Below are positions 40,626 through 51,380 of a stretch of 64,000 bases of DNA, piece after piece. How positions within the stretch are numbered: position 1 is the stretch's first letter; each line of letters begins with the position of its first letter. The position numbers and the translations under genes were made by a program. The notes under the pieces are model-generated. The model saw only the letters and a list, made by a program, of their open reading frames with translations, ran no database searches and was not told where the DNA came from. Source of the stretch: an uncultured Sphingobacteriaceae bacterium (GTDB lineage Bacteria > Bacteroidota > Bacteroidia > Sphingobacteriales > Sphingobacteriaceae); assembly GCA_963795585.1 (NCBI GenBank), contig CAWCIO010000013.1, positions 336,770-400,769 on the forward strand, written 5' to 3'.

Positions 40626-41955
40626 ATGAATTATTCTACTTTAAAAAAGGGTCTAGCAGTTTCTTTTGTTGCATTGATCGGAGCTACGTCTCTAGCTAAT
40701 GCTCAGGAGACTGACTGCGACTTCTATCTTCTGCCAAGGTATTTGGTGGAAGAGGTCAGTACAGGACTTGGTCTTTAGGTGTTAATGGTGGTGTTTTATC
40801 TCCATTTGTTGCAATTGGTGGATCAAACGACTTTACTAACTGGGAGCCAAACTTAGGTTATGGTATCTCATTGAGAAAACAATTAGGTCATGCATTTGGC
40901 TTAGAAGGTAACGTTTTCCGTGGAAAGCTTTCTGGTACTAACAAAGATGCTAACTCTACAGGAACTGTTAACGGAGTTAAAGATTTCGAAACTGATATTG
41001 CTTATTCAGCTGACATTAGAGGTGTTGTTAACGTAGCAACTGTTGATTTCTTACGTCGTGAGAACTCAGTAAACTTCTTCGTAACTGCTGGTTACGGTGT
41101 TGTTGCTTACAACCCTAAAGTCTAACTGGTGTTGACAGAAAAGGAACTTTCGGAGATGATCAGGATAAAGATTATATCAAAGAAGCTTACATCCCTGTAG
41201 GTGCTGGTATTAAATTTAAAGTTTCTGACCGTGTTTCATTCAACTTAGGTTACACTATGCACTTCTTGATGGAGATAACCTTGATGGAGTTTATGCTAAA
41301 GGAACTTCTAAAGATAAATTCTCTTACGGATATGCTGGTTTAGAATTCTCTTTAGGTTCTAAATCTAAACCAAACCTTGACTGGGTTAACCCATTTGCTT
41401 TGATGTATGATGAATTGAAAGATCCTTCATTACGTCAAGAAGTTGAAGCTTTGAAAAACCGTGTATCTGCTGTTGAGAAATCTGTTGAAGATTTGAAAAA
41501 AGATAGCTGATGGTGACGGTGTATCTGATCAATTTGACAAATGCCCAGGAACTCCTGCTGGTACTGCAGTTGATGGTTCAGGATGTCCACTTCCTGCTCC
41601 GGTAGCAGTAACTGCTCCTAGTGCTGGAACTGGTTTCGAAGCTATCCAATTCGAATTTAACTCATCAGTTTTAAAAACTGAATCTTATCCTACTTTAGAT
41701 AAATTATCTTCAGTATTGCGTGAAAACGGTGGTAAAGTAGCTGTTAATGGTTATGCTTCTAGCGAAGGTACTGCTGCATACAACCTGAAATTATCTAAAG
41801 ACAGAGCTAACTCTGTTAAAACTTACTTAGTTAACTCTGGTGTTAACGCTAGTCAAGTAACAACTAAAGGATTTGGTGAAGCTAACCCAATTGCTTCTAA
41901 CGATACTGAAGAAGGTCGTATCCAAAACCGTCGTGTTGAAACAGCTAGAAACTAG
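40626..41955 (+). CDS. ompA: OmpA family outer-membrane protein (beta-barrel, TSP3-like repeat, OmpA C-domain; frameshifted)
   Basis: Signal peptide MNYSTLKK..ANAQ; DGDGVSDQFDKCPGTPAG; NLKLSKDRANSVK, GFGEANP, NRRVE; strongly biased codon usage. Confidence 0.9.
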
Positions 41956-41975
41956 TCGTTTCTAATTAAAATACG

Positions 41976-42011
41976 AAAAAGAGGGTCTCAATTTGAGGCC
42001 CTCTTTTTTTT
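41976..42011 (+). terminator. Intrinsic terminator after ompA
   Basis: AAAAAGAGGGTCTCA-ATT-TGAGGCCCTCTTTTTTTT. Confidence 0.9.
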
Positions 42012-42057
42012 ATGCTTATCTTTGGCTATACCTGATTTAATCAATTAGTTAATTACA

Positions 42058-42438
42058 ATGAACAAGATTATCAATACACCTAATGCCCCTGAGCCTATAG
42101 GGCCTTATAGCCAGGCTGTAATCGCCGGAGGCTTTCTTTTTATGTCTGGCCAGGTAGCCATCAACCCTGCGACAGGAGAGCTTACTCAGTCGACTTTAGC
42201 CGAAGAAACACACCAGGTAATGAGGAACATCAAAGCTGTGCTGCTGGAAGCAGGATATGGTTTTGAAGATGTAGTGAAAACCACTATCTTCCTGTCTGAT
42301 ATGAGTCTGTTTGCTGAAGTTAATGAACTGTATGGTTCTTATTTTGAATCCCAGTTCCCTGCCCGTGAAACAGTTGCTGTAAAGGGTTTGCCAAAGGGAG
42401 TGAATGTGGAGATTTCCATGACTGCATATAAAGGCTAA
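42058..42438 (+). CDS. ridA: RidA/YjgF/UK114 enamine deaminase
   Basis: PIGPYSQA, SGQV, VKTTIFL, PARETV, LPKGVNVEI. Confidence 0.93.
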   Translation: MNKIINTPNAPEPIGPYSQAVIAGGFLFMSGQVAINPATGELTQSTLAEETHQVMRNIKAVLLEAGYGFEDVVKTTIFLSDMSLFAEVNELYGSYFESQFPARETVAVKGLPKGVNVEISMTAYKG

Positions 42439-42441
42439 GCT

Positions 42442-43353
42442 TTGCCAAAATCTAGCTTAAGGTATTTTTTTGCTGGTATTTTATCATTTGCAATCTGGGG
42501 ATTCTTTTCCATTCCACTAAGGAATTTAAAGTCATTTCCCTCAGAGGAAATTTTATATTACCGCATATTTACATCTCTGATATTTATCTGGATTGCAATC
42601 CTGTTGTTCAGAAGGAAACAATTGAAGAAAGACTATACTTATCTTTTGGCCGCCAGTCCCGGCGCCAAACGGAATGTTGCGCTTCAGATCGCAGCCTCTA
42701 CTGTATTCCTGACTTTAAATTGGTATACTTATATCTACGCAGTCAACAATGTCAGCTTACAATCGGCAGCATTTGCTTATATGGTCTGCCCTTTGCTAAC
42801 AGCCTTTGGGGGTTTTGTCCTGCTGAAAGAAGAGCTTTCTCGGTTAAAACTTGTCTCATTGGGCATTGCCTTGATCAGTATTGTTTTTCTGGCGACAGGT
42901 TCACTGATTGAAGTAGCATGGTCGGTAGTCATCGCTTTGCTGTATGCATTTTATTTGATCATTCAGCGAAAGATGCAGCATCTGGATAAGTTAAACGTGC
43001 TCGCCGTTCAGATCGTTCTGGCAGTTTTACTGATGCTGCCTTTCTACCTTAGTAGTCATGGTGCCTTTCCCAAAAGTCTCTGGTTTTGGGGAAACATCAG
43101 TATTGTCGCCGTGGTATTTACCATCATCCCTCTTTTTCTTAGTTTGTATGCACTCATAGGAATTCCCTCATCTACTTTAGGGATCATCATCTATATCAAC
43201 CCGATTATTGCTTTTGCAGTAGCGATTTTATACTTTAATGAGCATATTGATTCACATAAATTGTCAGCATACGTGCTGCTGCTAATTTCTGTATTTGTGT
43301 TTAATTGGGGCATCATAAAAGATATCCTTACCTTTAAAGGAAAAAAAGTTTAA
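42442..43353 (+). CDS. EamA/RarD family DMT transporter
   Basis: About ten TM helices; WGFF, NWYTYIYAVN, LKEEL, YINP. Confidence 0.85.
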   Translation: MPKSSLRYFFAGILSFAIWGFFSIPLRNLKSFPSEEILYYRIFTSLIFIWIAILLFRRKQLKKDYTYLLAASPGAKRNVALQIAASTVFLTLNWYTYIYAVNNVSLQSAAFAYMVCPLLTAFGGFVLLKEELSRLKLVSLGIALISIVFLATGSLIEVAWSVVIALLYAFYLIIQRKMQHLDKLNVLAVQIVLAVLLMLPFYLSSHGAFPKSLWFWGNISIVAVVFTIIPLFLSLYALIGIPSSTLGIIIYINPIIAFAVAILYFNEHIDSHKLSAYVLLLISVFVFNWGIIKDILTFKGKKV

Positions 43354-43356
43354 GCC

Positions 43357-45462
43357 TTGTTTGCTGTTACCTTAGATACCACAATCGAATATCTCAAAGG
43401 CGTAGGGCCTAAACGAGCCGAGCTCCTTCAAAAGGAACTGGGGATTTTCACCTGCGAGCAATTGTTGAATTATTACCCGTTCCGCTATATCGACAGGACC
43501 AGGTTTTACAAGATCAATGAACTGAATCCAGATTTGCCATATGTTCAGATTTTAGGAAGGATCACAAGTAAGGAAGTCATTGGCGAAAAGCACAAGAAAA
43601 GACTGGTAGCGCGACTTAGCGATGAAACGGGATCAATAGAGCTGGTCTGGTTTCAGAGTCTGAAATGGGTCGAAGAAAATGTGGTAAAAGGAAAGGTGTA
43701 CATCGTTTTTGGAAAGCCTGCTTTATTTAACGGTTCCTTTAGCATTTCCCATCCAGATCTTGAAAATTATCCGAGACCCTCTACCGTTACCGGAAACCTG
43801 AGGCTGCAGCCTGTATATCATTCTACCGAGAAGCTAAAGAAATTTTTCCTTGACAGTAAAGGCATACAGAAATTGCAGAACCTGCTGATAGAGCAAAATA
43901 TCAAAGAGGTTCGGGAAACTATCCCAATGCATATCCTGGAAAAATACCAGATGATTTCCAGTAGAGAGGCAGTACTCAATATTCACTTTCCTAAAGATGT
44001 GAAAGCCCTCCAGGCTGCGCAGCGACGACTTAAATTTGAAGAACTATTCTTTATTCAGCTTCAGCTGCTGCATAATAAGCAACAGCGTGAAATGCGTTTT
44101 AGGGGACATTCTTTCACTATCGTGGGACATAAGGTCAATACCTTTTATAAAGAAATCCTCCCTTTTAAACTTACAAATGCGCAAAAGCGAGTGATCAAGG
44201 AGATCCGGCTCGATACCCAAAGGGGAATTCAGATGAACAGACTAGTGCAGGGAGATGTAGGCAGTGGAAAAACGGTAGTCGCCCTCATGAGCATGCTCCT
44301 TGCAAATGACAACGGCTTTCAGGCCTGTATGATGGCGCCTACAGAGATTTTGGCACGACAACACTATGCATCTATTGCTTCACTGGTAAGCAGCGATCTG
44401 GTGAAGGTTGCAATCCTGACAGGTAGTTCCACTAAAAAGCAGAGAACACAGCTTCATGCTGCACTGGAAGCTGGGGAAATCGACATCCTGGTTGGTACAC
44501 ATGCCCTGATTGAAGACAAAGTAATCTTCAAAAACCTTGGGCTGGTAGTCATCGATGAGCAGCATCGCTTTGGGGTTGAACAGCGTGCAAGGTTATGGCG
44601 GAAAAATACCATCCCGCCTCATATTCTCGTAATGACAGCAACGCCGATTCCCCGGACGTTGGCGATGACCATGTATGGCGACCTGGATGTGTCCGTGATA
44701 GATGAACTACCTGCTGGCAGGAAACCGATTGAGACCCTGCATCTATACGAAGGCCAGCGGCTGAGGTTGTTTGGCTTTATGAAGCAGGAAATTGCGAAAG
44801 GCAGACAGGTGTATATCGTCTATCCCTTAATTAAAGAAAGTGAAAAGTTGGATCTCTTACATTTAGAAGCTGGTATAGAGCAGATGAGGTATCAGTTCCC
44901 TTTGCCGGAGTATCAGATCAGTATTGTGCACGGTAAGATGAGCAATGCAGACAAACAATATGAAATGCAGCGTTTTATTGATGGGCACAACCAGATCATG
45001 GTGGCCACCACTGTGATCGAAGTAGGGGTGAACGTGCCAAACGCATCAGTGATGATCATAGAAAACGCGGAACGTTTCGGACTTTCGCAATTGCACCAGT
45101 TGCGCGGACGTGTAGGCCGGGGTGCCGAACAATCGTTCTGTATCCTGATGTCGGGCAATAAACTGAGCAAGGATGGAAAGTTGAGGCTCGAGACCATGGT
45201 AAAAACCAATAACGGATTTGAGATCTCTGAGATAGACCTACAGTTGCGGGGCCCTGGAGACATCTCCGGAACCCAACAAAGTGGTGTGCTTGATTTGAAA
45301 CTAGCAGACCTGGCTACAGACCAGCTGATCTTGCAGGAAGCCAGAAATACCGTTATTGAAATTCTCAACGAGGATCCTATGCTGGAAGATCCGAAGAACA
45401 GCCTGTTGAGGACCTATCTCGTTAAGAGAAGCCGGGGCATCGCTTTCGATAAAATTTCCTAA
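43357..45462 (+). CDS. recG: ATP-dependent DNA helicase RecG
   Basis: LKGVGPKRA, QGDVGSGKT, DEQHRFGV, MTATPIPRTL, QLHQLRGRVGRG, RGPGD. Confidence 0.97.
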   Translation: MFAVTLDTTIEYLKGVGPKRAELLQKELGIFTCEQLLNYYPFRYIDRTRFYKINELNPDLPYVQILGRITSKEVIGEKHKKRLVARLSDETGSIELVWFQSLKWVEENVVKGKVYIVFGKPALFNGSFSISHPDLENYPRPSTVTGNLRLQPVYHSTEKLKKFFLDSKGIQKLQNLLIEQNIKEVRETIPMHILEKYQMISSREAVLNIHFPKDVKALQAAQRRLKFEELFFIQLQLLHNKQQREMRFRGHSFTIVGHKVNTFYKEILPFKLTNAQKRVIKEIRLDTQRGIQMNRLVQGDVGSGKTVVALMSMLLANDNGFQACMMAPTEILARQHYASIASLVSSDLVKVAILTGSSTKKQRTQLHAALEAGEIDILVGTHALIEDKVIFKNLGLVVIDEQHRFGVEQRARLWRKNTIPPHILVMTATPIPRTLAMTMYGDLDVSVIDELPAGRKPIETLHLYEGQRLRLFGFMKQEIAKGRQVYIVYPLIKESEKLDLLHLEAGIEQMRYQFPLPEYQISIVHGKMSNADKQYEMQRFIDGHNQIMVATTVIEVGVNVPNASVMIIENAERFGLSQLHQLRGRVGRGAEQSFCILMSGNKLSKDGKLRLETMVKTNNGFEISEIDLQLRGPGDISGTQQSGVLDLKLADLATDQLILQEARNTVIEILNEDPMLEDPKNSLLRTYLVKRSRGIAFDKIS

Positions 45463-46691
45463 TCCTCGTCGCTGCCCGGTAGTGAACCCACACCAGAATA
45501 TGCACCCTTGCGGATGATTGGCATCTTCAGATATTTGAACAATTCATCCAGGTGCACCAGGCTTCCATTGGTCAGGTTGCCCAGGAAAATCACCACGATA
45601 TCTTTATCCAGGTCGCGGATGTAAATATGCCGGAAGCCATGCCACCAGCCAGTATGGTAAACTACTTTATCCATATCCTTACCATCAAACATGCGCCAGC
45701 CATAGCCATAGTTGAAGTGACCGTTAACTGGTTTGTTGCGGCCTTTATAAGCAGAATCCAGGCTGTTCTTAGTGAGCAATCTGCCGTTTTTCAAATACTT
45801 GTCGTAAAGTACAAGATCATGTAAAGTACTGTAGATTCCTTTATCGCCCACGGGTCCGTCCAGGAAATTCTGGGCCACAGAATAACGCCAGGTACGGTCA
45901 TGTCCCACTACATCAACAGGGATTTTTTCATATTCAGTAGTAGAATAAACATGTGTGTTCTTCATTCCCGCAGGTTTGAATACATGATCCATCATATACT
46001 GGGAGAAACGTTTTCCGGTCACTTTCTCTACAATGGCACCGAGCACCATAAAGTTGGAATTGTTATAATGAAAAAGGCGGTCAGGTTTGGTATATGGATT
46101 TGGCTTTTTCTCAGCGATGATCTGCATAACCTCCTGGTTGGACACCCCTTTTCTCATGTTGCGTTTTTCCTTACGCCAGATATCATCGATAAAATAAACG
46201 TAATTCATCATCCCGCTGCGGTGCGATAGCAAGAGCTGAACGGTGATCCCATCGTAAGGAAAGTTTGGATAGAATTTCTTTACATTATCTGTCAGTTTTA
46301 GTTTTCCAGCTTCTACCAGTTGCATAATTGCCACTCCGGTAAAGGTTTTGGTGATAGAAGCAAGTTCAAACTCAGAGTTGATCTTCAGGCTGTCACGGTG
46401 CAGATAGTCCGCCCAGCCTATAGCCTTTTCATAAAGAATCTGGCCTTTTCTGGCTACGAGCATATTTCCATTGAACCCGTATTTCTTATGCAGGTTGTAT
46501 ACAAAATCGGCTATCCATTTATCACCCTTTGCAGGATTATACGCCAGTAGCAGGCTATCAGATTTATCGTCTTCCTTGATCCTGACCTTTTTGTCGGCCT
46601 CCGCTTTTTTAGCTTTTTCCTCCGGATTGGAGCAAGCAGTGATTGAGAAAATGGCGAGCGTAAGGGTTAAGGTCAGTAGACGAAACTTCAT
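45459..46691 (-). CDS. Serine hydrolase / beta-lactamase class C-like lipoprotein
   Basis: Lipobox ITAC from ATG 46691; SxxK (ASITK), LLSHRSG, YNN, HTG. Confidence 0.88.
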   Translation of the reverse strand: MKFRLLTLTLTLAIFSITACSNPEEKAKKAEADKKVRIKEDDKSDSLLLAYNPAKGDKWIADFVYNLHKKYGFNGNMLVARKGQILYEKAIGWADYLHRDSLKINSEFELASITKTFTGVAIMQLVEAGKLKLTDNVKKFYPNFPYDGITVQLLLSHRSGMMNYVYFIDDIWRKEKRNMRKGVSNQEVMQIIAEKKPNPYTKPDRLFHYNNSNFMVLGAIVEKVTGKRFSQYMMDHVFKPAGMKNTHVYSTTEYEKIPVDVVGHDRTWRYSVAQNFLDGPVGDKGIYSTLHDLVLYDKYLKNGRLLTKNSLDSAYKGRNKPVNGHFNYGYGWRMFDGKDMDKVVYHTGWWHGFRHIYIRDLDKDIVVIFLGNLTNGSLVHLDELFKYLKMPIIRKGAYSGVGSLPGSDED

Positions 46692-46772
46692 GGATAGGTA
46701 GTACGGGTTAAAAAGTCGAAAATTAAGGATTTTTAACACGGTAAATGCAAAAGATTTGAATATTGTTTGCTT

Positions 46773-47516
46773 TTATCCGTTCAGCAGGTTTTTCACGCGT
46801 TCGCGGTTAGGCTTGGATACCGGGATTTTAAAGCTATCCATCAGCAAGAGTGTACCGCCGTCTTCTTTGAGCCAACTCTTGATGAAGATCGGATTAACGA
46901 GGTGCGATTGGTGACTGCGGATGAAACCATGTGGTTGAAGCATGTCTGAATATTCCTTTAATGGCCGGGAGACCATGATTTTTTCAGTTGAAGCCAGATG
47001 AAAGTAAGTGTAGGTATTGTCTGCTTCGCAGCGCACGATGTCGCTTACATTTACATACCGTATCTCCTGAAGCTGGGGGAGGGCTATTTTTGGCGGACTT
47101 TGTTCCCCTCTTTTGATCAGGCTCAGCAGAAAATCCAGTTGCTTGTTGTGGTTTCTTTCTTTGATTTTTTGATGTGCTTTATCGACAGCCATTACGAGTT
47201 CATCAATATCTACAGGCTTCAAAAGATAGTCGAGTGCTGCAAATTTTACAGCCTGAATTCCATAATGGTCATAGGCGGTTACAAATATGATCTCAAAGGA
47301 TTTGTGGGTCAGTAAGTTGAGCAGATCAAAGCCCGACTGCTTACCCATTTGGATGTCAAGAAAGAGCAGGTCGGGTTGATGTTTATTGATTTGTTCAAAT
47401 GCCAGATTAACCTCAACAGCCCTGTCAACCACTACAACCTGGGGGCAATGCCTGAGTAGCAATGCCTCCAGGTTTTCCAGATTGGAAACTTCATCATCAA
47501 TCAGGATGGCTTTCAT
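46773..47516 (-). CDS. LytTR family response regulator
   Basis: ILIDDE, FLDIQM, FVTAY, DYLLKP; LytTR domain FIRSHQSHLVN, IPVS. Confidence 0.93.
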   Translation of the reverse strand: MKAILIDDEVSNLENLEALLLRHCPQVVVVDRAVEVNLAFEQINKHQPDLLFLDIQMGKQSGFDLLNLLTHKSFEIIFVTAYDHYGIQAVKFAALDYLLKPVDIDELVMAVDKAHQKIKERNHNKQLDFLLSLIKRGEQSPPKIALPQLQEIRYVNVSDIVRCEADNTYTYFHLASTEKIMVSRPLKEYSDMLQPHGFIRSHQSHLVNPIFIKSWLKEDGGTLLLMDSFKIPVSKPNRERVKNLLNG

Positions 47517-49264
47517 GCGAGCCATTCTTTTAAAGTAATCAAAATAGTGCTGCCCTTATCATTGGATGTCATACTTAATTCAATATGCGTGTCTATATAA
47601 ATGCTATTTAGCAAAGATATCCTGCTTTTTGAAAGTTTGATACCTAAACCGGAGTAATTTTCATTCAATTTAAATCCCTTGCCATTATCAATAATAGAGA
47701 TCAGGAGGTTTTTGCCCTGGCCTTCAAATTTGATACTTATCTGCCCATTAGTTTCAATCTGGGACATGCCGTGTTTGATGGCATTTTCAACAAAAGGATG
47801 GAGTAGCATAGCAGGGATCTCAATGATCGCGAGCTGTGGTTCGATTGAAATGGTATATTGGAAAGCAAAGCGCAATTGCTCCATCTGCAGGTAATCATCG
47901 AGTAATGCTTTTTCCTCTTCAATGCTGATTAAGTCATTTAACCTTTCATCCAGAACATTACGTGTAAGCCGGGCGAACTTACCCAAATATCGATTGGCTT
48001 TATCTACATCATTTCTATTGATGAGGTTTTGTATGCCTGCGAGCGCATTGAAAAGAAAATGAGGGTTTAATTGAGAACGGACTGTGGCCAGGTGTGCCAA
48101 TGCCAGTTCCTTGTTTTGTTGCTCCAGTTTCAGCTTTTTTCGGTTTCTTATATTGATAAGCCAGAATATGATACCGGCAAGCAATAATAATACGGCGATA
48201 ATGATGGCCAGTTCGGCATAGGAAATCTCCTTTTCGCTTTCCAGGGCTGGCAAGACTGTGAATTTGTAGGAAACGGCTTTATCATTGAGGTAGTTGACCC
48301 GGCTTCCCCCGGGACTTGGTAGCTTGGGTGTGAAAATCAGCTCGTAGACACCAGGTTCCTTCCAATATTCCTTATATAGGTAGAATCTGAAATTTTCATC
48401 TTTCAATTGGATCGTTTCAGTTTTGCCGCCGATCACGCGCTTCAGCTGGACTTTATAGTTGTAAAAGCCTTCACTTTCCAGTCGGATATGGAGGCGGACG
48501 AGCGAATCGCCCAGTCTGAATTTTTTATCATTGATGTCCGTTGTTTCAATAAAGTTTTCCCATCTTCTGTCTTTCAGGCTATCAATAGAATGGTAGTTGA
48601 GGCCATTCGGATACCATTGTGCGGTATTCTCTACGCCTACCTGCGGTTTTGCCGGTTCAATTTCCCGCCAGTCGATCAGAATTGCATCTCTGTCTTTGTA
48701 GTTCCTGGTGTTATACATTTCAACCAATAGGAACTGGCCCGGTTTATAGTTGAATTTACCCAGGTAAGCATAGCTTGCCCCGCCCGATTTCGTGTTTTTA
48801 AATATCTCCGGACTTCGCCAGCTCAGCAATTCCCTGCTATTGTTTTGTACAACATGGTATTTGTATTCTGCTGCTTTCGATTTGTCGATCACTACATTGG
48901 CAAACTCCACCGATGCAGTCCCATAAATGATGATGCGCCTAACCTGAATGTTCCCCCAGGTCTCATCTGTCCCTTCATATATTTTAGCGCCTGAGTTTTC
49001 CTGAAACCTAACCCCCAGGGAATTCCTGGGATTATAAATCGTCTCCCCGATAGAGAAAAGGAAACGGTCTTTTTGGATGTCCTTCAGGCGTTCTTGTACC
49101 GCTAATTTCTTTAAATCCTCAGCAGTAGCTTCGCGCATATCCACCAGACGACCTCCTATCGCTTTATAGTTCTTGTCAATGCCTGCCGGAGTTTCTTGAT
49201 ACTGGGCTGTAGCCTTGCCAAAAGCAAGGCTGGCCAGTAGGAGCATTAGGATGTATCTTTTCAT
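47513..49264 (-). CDS. LytS-type sensor histidine kinase with large periplasmic domain
   Basis: Signal peptide, about 330-aa extracytoplasmic region, one TM, SQLNPHFLFNAL, ENAIKHG, DNGKGF. Confidence 0.92.
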   Translation of the reverse strand: MKRYILMLLLASLAFGKATAQYQETPAGIDKNYKAIGGRLVDMREATAEDLKKLAVQERLKDIQKDRFLFSIGETIYNPRNSLGVRFQENSGAKIYEGTDETWGNIQVRRIIIYGTASVEFANVVIDKSKAAEYKYHVVQNNSRELLSWRSPEIFKNTKSGGASYAYLGKFNYKPGQFLLVEMYNTRNYKDRDAILIDWREIEPAKPQVGVENTAQWYPNGLNYHSIDSLKDRRWENFIETTDINDKKFRLGDSLVRLHIRLESEGFYNYKVQLKRVIGGKTETIQLKDENFRFYLYKEYWKEPGVYELIFTPKLPSPGGSRVNYLNDKAVSYKFTVLPALESEKEISYAELAIIIAVLLLLAGIIFWLINIRNRKKLKLEQQNKELALAHLATVRSQLNPHFLFNALAGIQNLINRNDVDKANRYLGKFARLTRNVLDERLNDLISIEEEKALLDDYLQMEQLRFAFQYTISIEPQLAIIEIPAMLLHPFVENAIKHGMSQIETNGQISIKFEGQGKNLLISIIDNGKGFKLNENYSGLGIKLSKSRISLLNSIYIDTHIELSMTSNDKGSTILITLKEWLA

Positions 49265-49461
49265 AATTTATTTTTTTCTTCATCAAATCTGATGAGAACC
49301 CGACGCATAAAAAACCATTAAACAGCAGGCAGCCTGCGTCACTTGGTATTCGCACTCAAATAAACAGAATTTATCCGGTGTGTATTGAACATCTGACAAT
49401 AAACCCATCGTTTAAAAAGCATAAAAATCTTAAGTTTGTGCAGATATAAACTTTAGAACAA

Positions 49462-50859
49462 ATGAATTTTAGAATCGAACACGATACGATGGGTGAAGTT
49501 CAGGTACCTGCAGATAAATACTGGGGTGCTCAAACTGAACGTTCAAGAAACAACTTTAAAATCGGACCTGAGGCTTCTATGCCTAAGGAGATTATTCATG
49601 CTTTCGGTTACCTGAAAAAGGCAGCGGCATTAGCCAATGCAGAGTTGGGTGTGCTGTCGCAGGACAAAGCAGATTTGATCGCTAAAGCATGTGATGAAGT
49701 GATCGACGGAAGCCTGGATGATCAATTTCCTTTGGTGATCTGGCAGACTGGTTCCGGTACGCAGAGCAATATGAATGGAAATGAAGTGATTGCCAATCGT
49801 GGCCACGTACTTAACGGAGGTCAGCTTAGCGATGATAAAAAGATCCTGCATCCAAATGATGATGTGAATAAATCCCAGTCTTCTAATGATACGTACCCTA
49901 CAGCAATGCATATCGCTGCCTACAAGCAAGCAGTAGAAGTAACGCTTCCGGGACTGGATAAGCTAAGGAATACCTTACATGCTAAGGCAGTGGAATTTAA
50001 AGATATCGTAAAAACCGGCCGTACGCATTTCATGGACGCTACGCCGCTGACATTGGGTCAGGAGTTTTCTGGTTATGTGCAGCAGATCGACAACAGTGTC
50101 CGCGCGATTAAAAATGCGCTGGTCATGATCAGCGAGCTTGCGCTAGGTGGTACAGCTGTCGGAACTGGTTTAAATACACCAAAGGGATACGATGTACTCG
50201 TGGCTCAGAAGATTGCCGAACTTACCGGCCTTCCTTTTGTAACCGCGCCTAATAAATTTGAAGCCCTGGCAGCGCATGATGCAATGGTAGAACTTTCAGG
50301 TGCTTACAAGCGTACCGCAGTTTCCCTGATGAAAATTGCAAATGATGTCAGGATGCTCAGTTCAGGCCCACGTTGTGGCATTGGCGAGATCATCATCCCT
50401 GATAATGAACCAGGGTCTTCTATTATGCCGGGTAAAGTAAACCCAACTCAGCCGGAAGCCATGACTATGGTTTGCGCACAGGTAATGGGTAATGATGTGA
50501 CGGTGAGCATTGGTGGCAGCAACGGACATTTTGAACTGAACGTGTTTAAGCCGGTAATGGCGGCCAATGTATTGCAATCTGGCCGCTTAATAGGCGATGC
50601 TTGTGTATCTTTCAACGATAAATGTGCGGAAGGTATCCTGCCCAACCTGCCGGAAATTCAGAAACACCTGCAAAACTCATTGATGCTGGTTACGGCATTG
50701 AATCCACATGTAGGTTATGAAAATGCAGCCAAAATTGCCAAAAAAGCACATAAGGAAAATAAGACACTGAAAGATGCTTCTATACAACTGGGCTTGCTTA
50801 CTGCTGAGCAGTTTGATGAGTGGGTGCGTCCGGAAGATATGGTAGGTAGCTTAAAATAA
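49462..50859 (+). CDS. fumC: Class II fumarate hydratase
   Basis: [21 protein letters not shown], signature [13 protein letters not shown]; TAAGTTTG box at 49431-49438. Confidence 0.98.
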   Translation: MNFRIEHDTMGEVQVPADKYWGAQTERSRNNFKIGPEASMPKEIIHAFGYLKKAAALANAELGVLSQDKADLIAKACDEVIDGSLDDQFPLVIWQTGSGTQSNMNGNEVIANRGHVLNGGQLSDDKKILHPNDDVNKSQSSNDTYPTAMHIAAYKQAVEVTLPGLDKLRNTLHAKAVEFKDIVKTGRTHFMDATPLTLGQEFSGYVQQIDNSVRAIKNALVMISELALGGTAVGTGLNTPKGYDVLVAQKIAELTGLPFVTAPNKFEALAAHDAMVELSGAYKRTAVSLMKIANDVRMLSSGPRCGIGEIIIPDNEPGSSIMPGKVNPTQPEAMTMVCAQVMGNDVTVSIGGSNGHFELNVFKPVMAANVLQSGRLIGDACVSFNDKCAEGILPNLPEIQKHLQNSLMLVTALNPHVGYENAAKIAKKAHKENKTLKDASIQLGLLTAEQFDEWVRPEDMVGSLK

Positions 50860-50868
50860 GCAATCAAT

Positions 50869-51363
50869 ATGTTCAGATTGCTGTTTTTCCTTTTTTGCGT
50901 AGCTATGCTGACAGTTTCCTGTCGGAGATTGCCGGATATCCAGGGGGAAGGAACAGCCGCTTTACAAGGCATCTGGAATCAGGATAGTGTGGCCGCATCG
51001 GATAAACTTATGAATTATACCGAACACAAATTCAAGTTTACCTGCGATTCCTTTTACGTGGATCTTGTAACCCATGCGAAGGCCAATTACTATGCTGATT
51101 CCTGCTTCAATGGAGGGATATGGAAAGAATATGCCAAGGGCGTTTACCAGGTCCGTTCCGATACTCTTTTTCTATTGGGTACCTGGACCAAGGCCAATTA
51201 TAAGCAGAAGATCTCAGGATGTTACCAGATCGGGCAATATATCAAAAGCTTTAAAATGATGGAGGCCGAAGCTGGTCATCTGAATTTCGTGAGCACAGAT
51301 AACCAAACAGAAATTAGCCTGGTGCTCAAGCAGAAGATTACCTGCGTGCCACAGGCCTTATAA
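50869..51363 (+). CDS. Hypothetical lipoprotein with four additional Cys
   Basis: Lipobox TVSC; lipocalin-like LQGIW motif; starts 10 nt after the fumC stop. Confidence 0.65.
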   Translation: MFRLLFFLFCVAMLTVSCRRLPDIQGEGTAALQGIWNQDSVAASDKLMNYTEHKFKFTCDSFYVDLVTHAKANYYADSCFNGGIWKEYAKGVYQVRSDTLFLLGTWTKANYKQKISGCYQIGQYIKSFKMMEAEAGHLNFVSTDNQTEISLVLKQKITCVPQAL

Positions 51364-51380
51364 AACAATAAATATTATCT

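Noticed and set aside
45459-46691. Antibiotic-resistance beta-lactamase
   Set aside because: Generic serine-hydrolase motifs only; nothing in the sequence specifies beta-lactam hydrolysis
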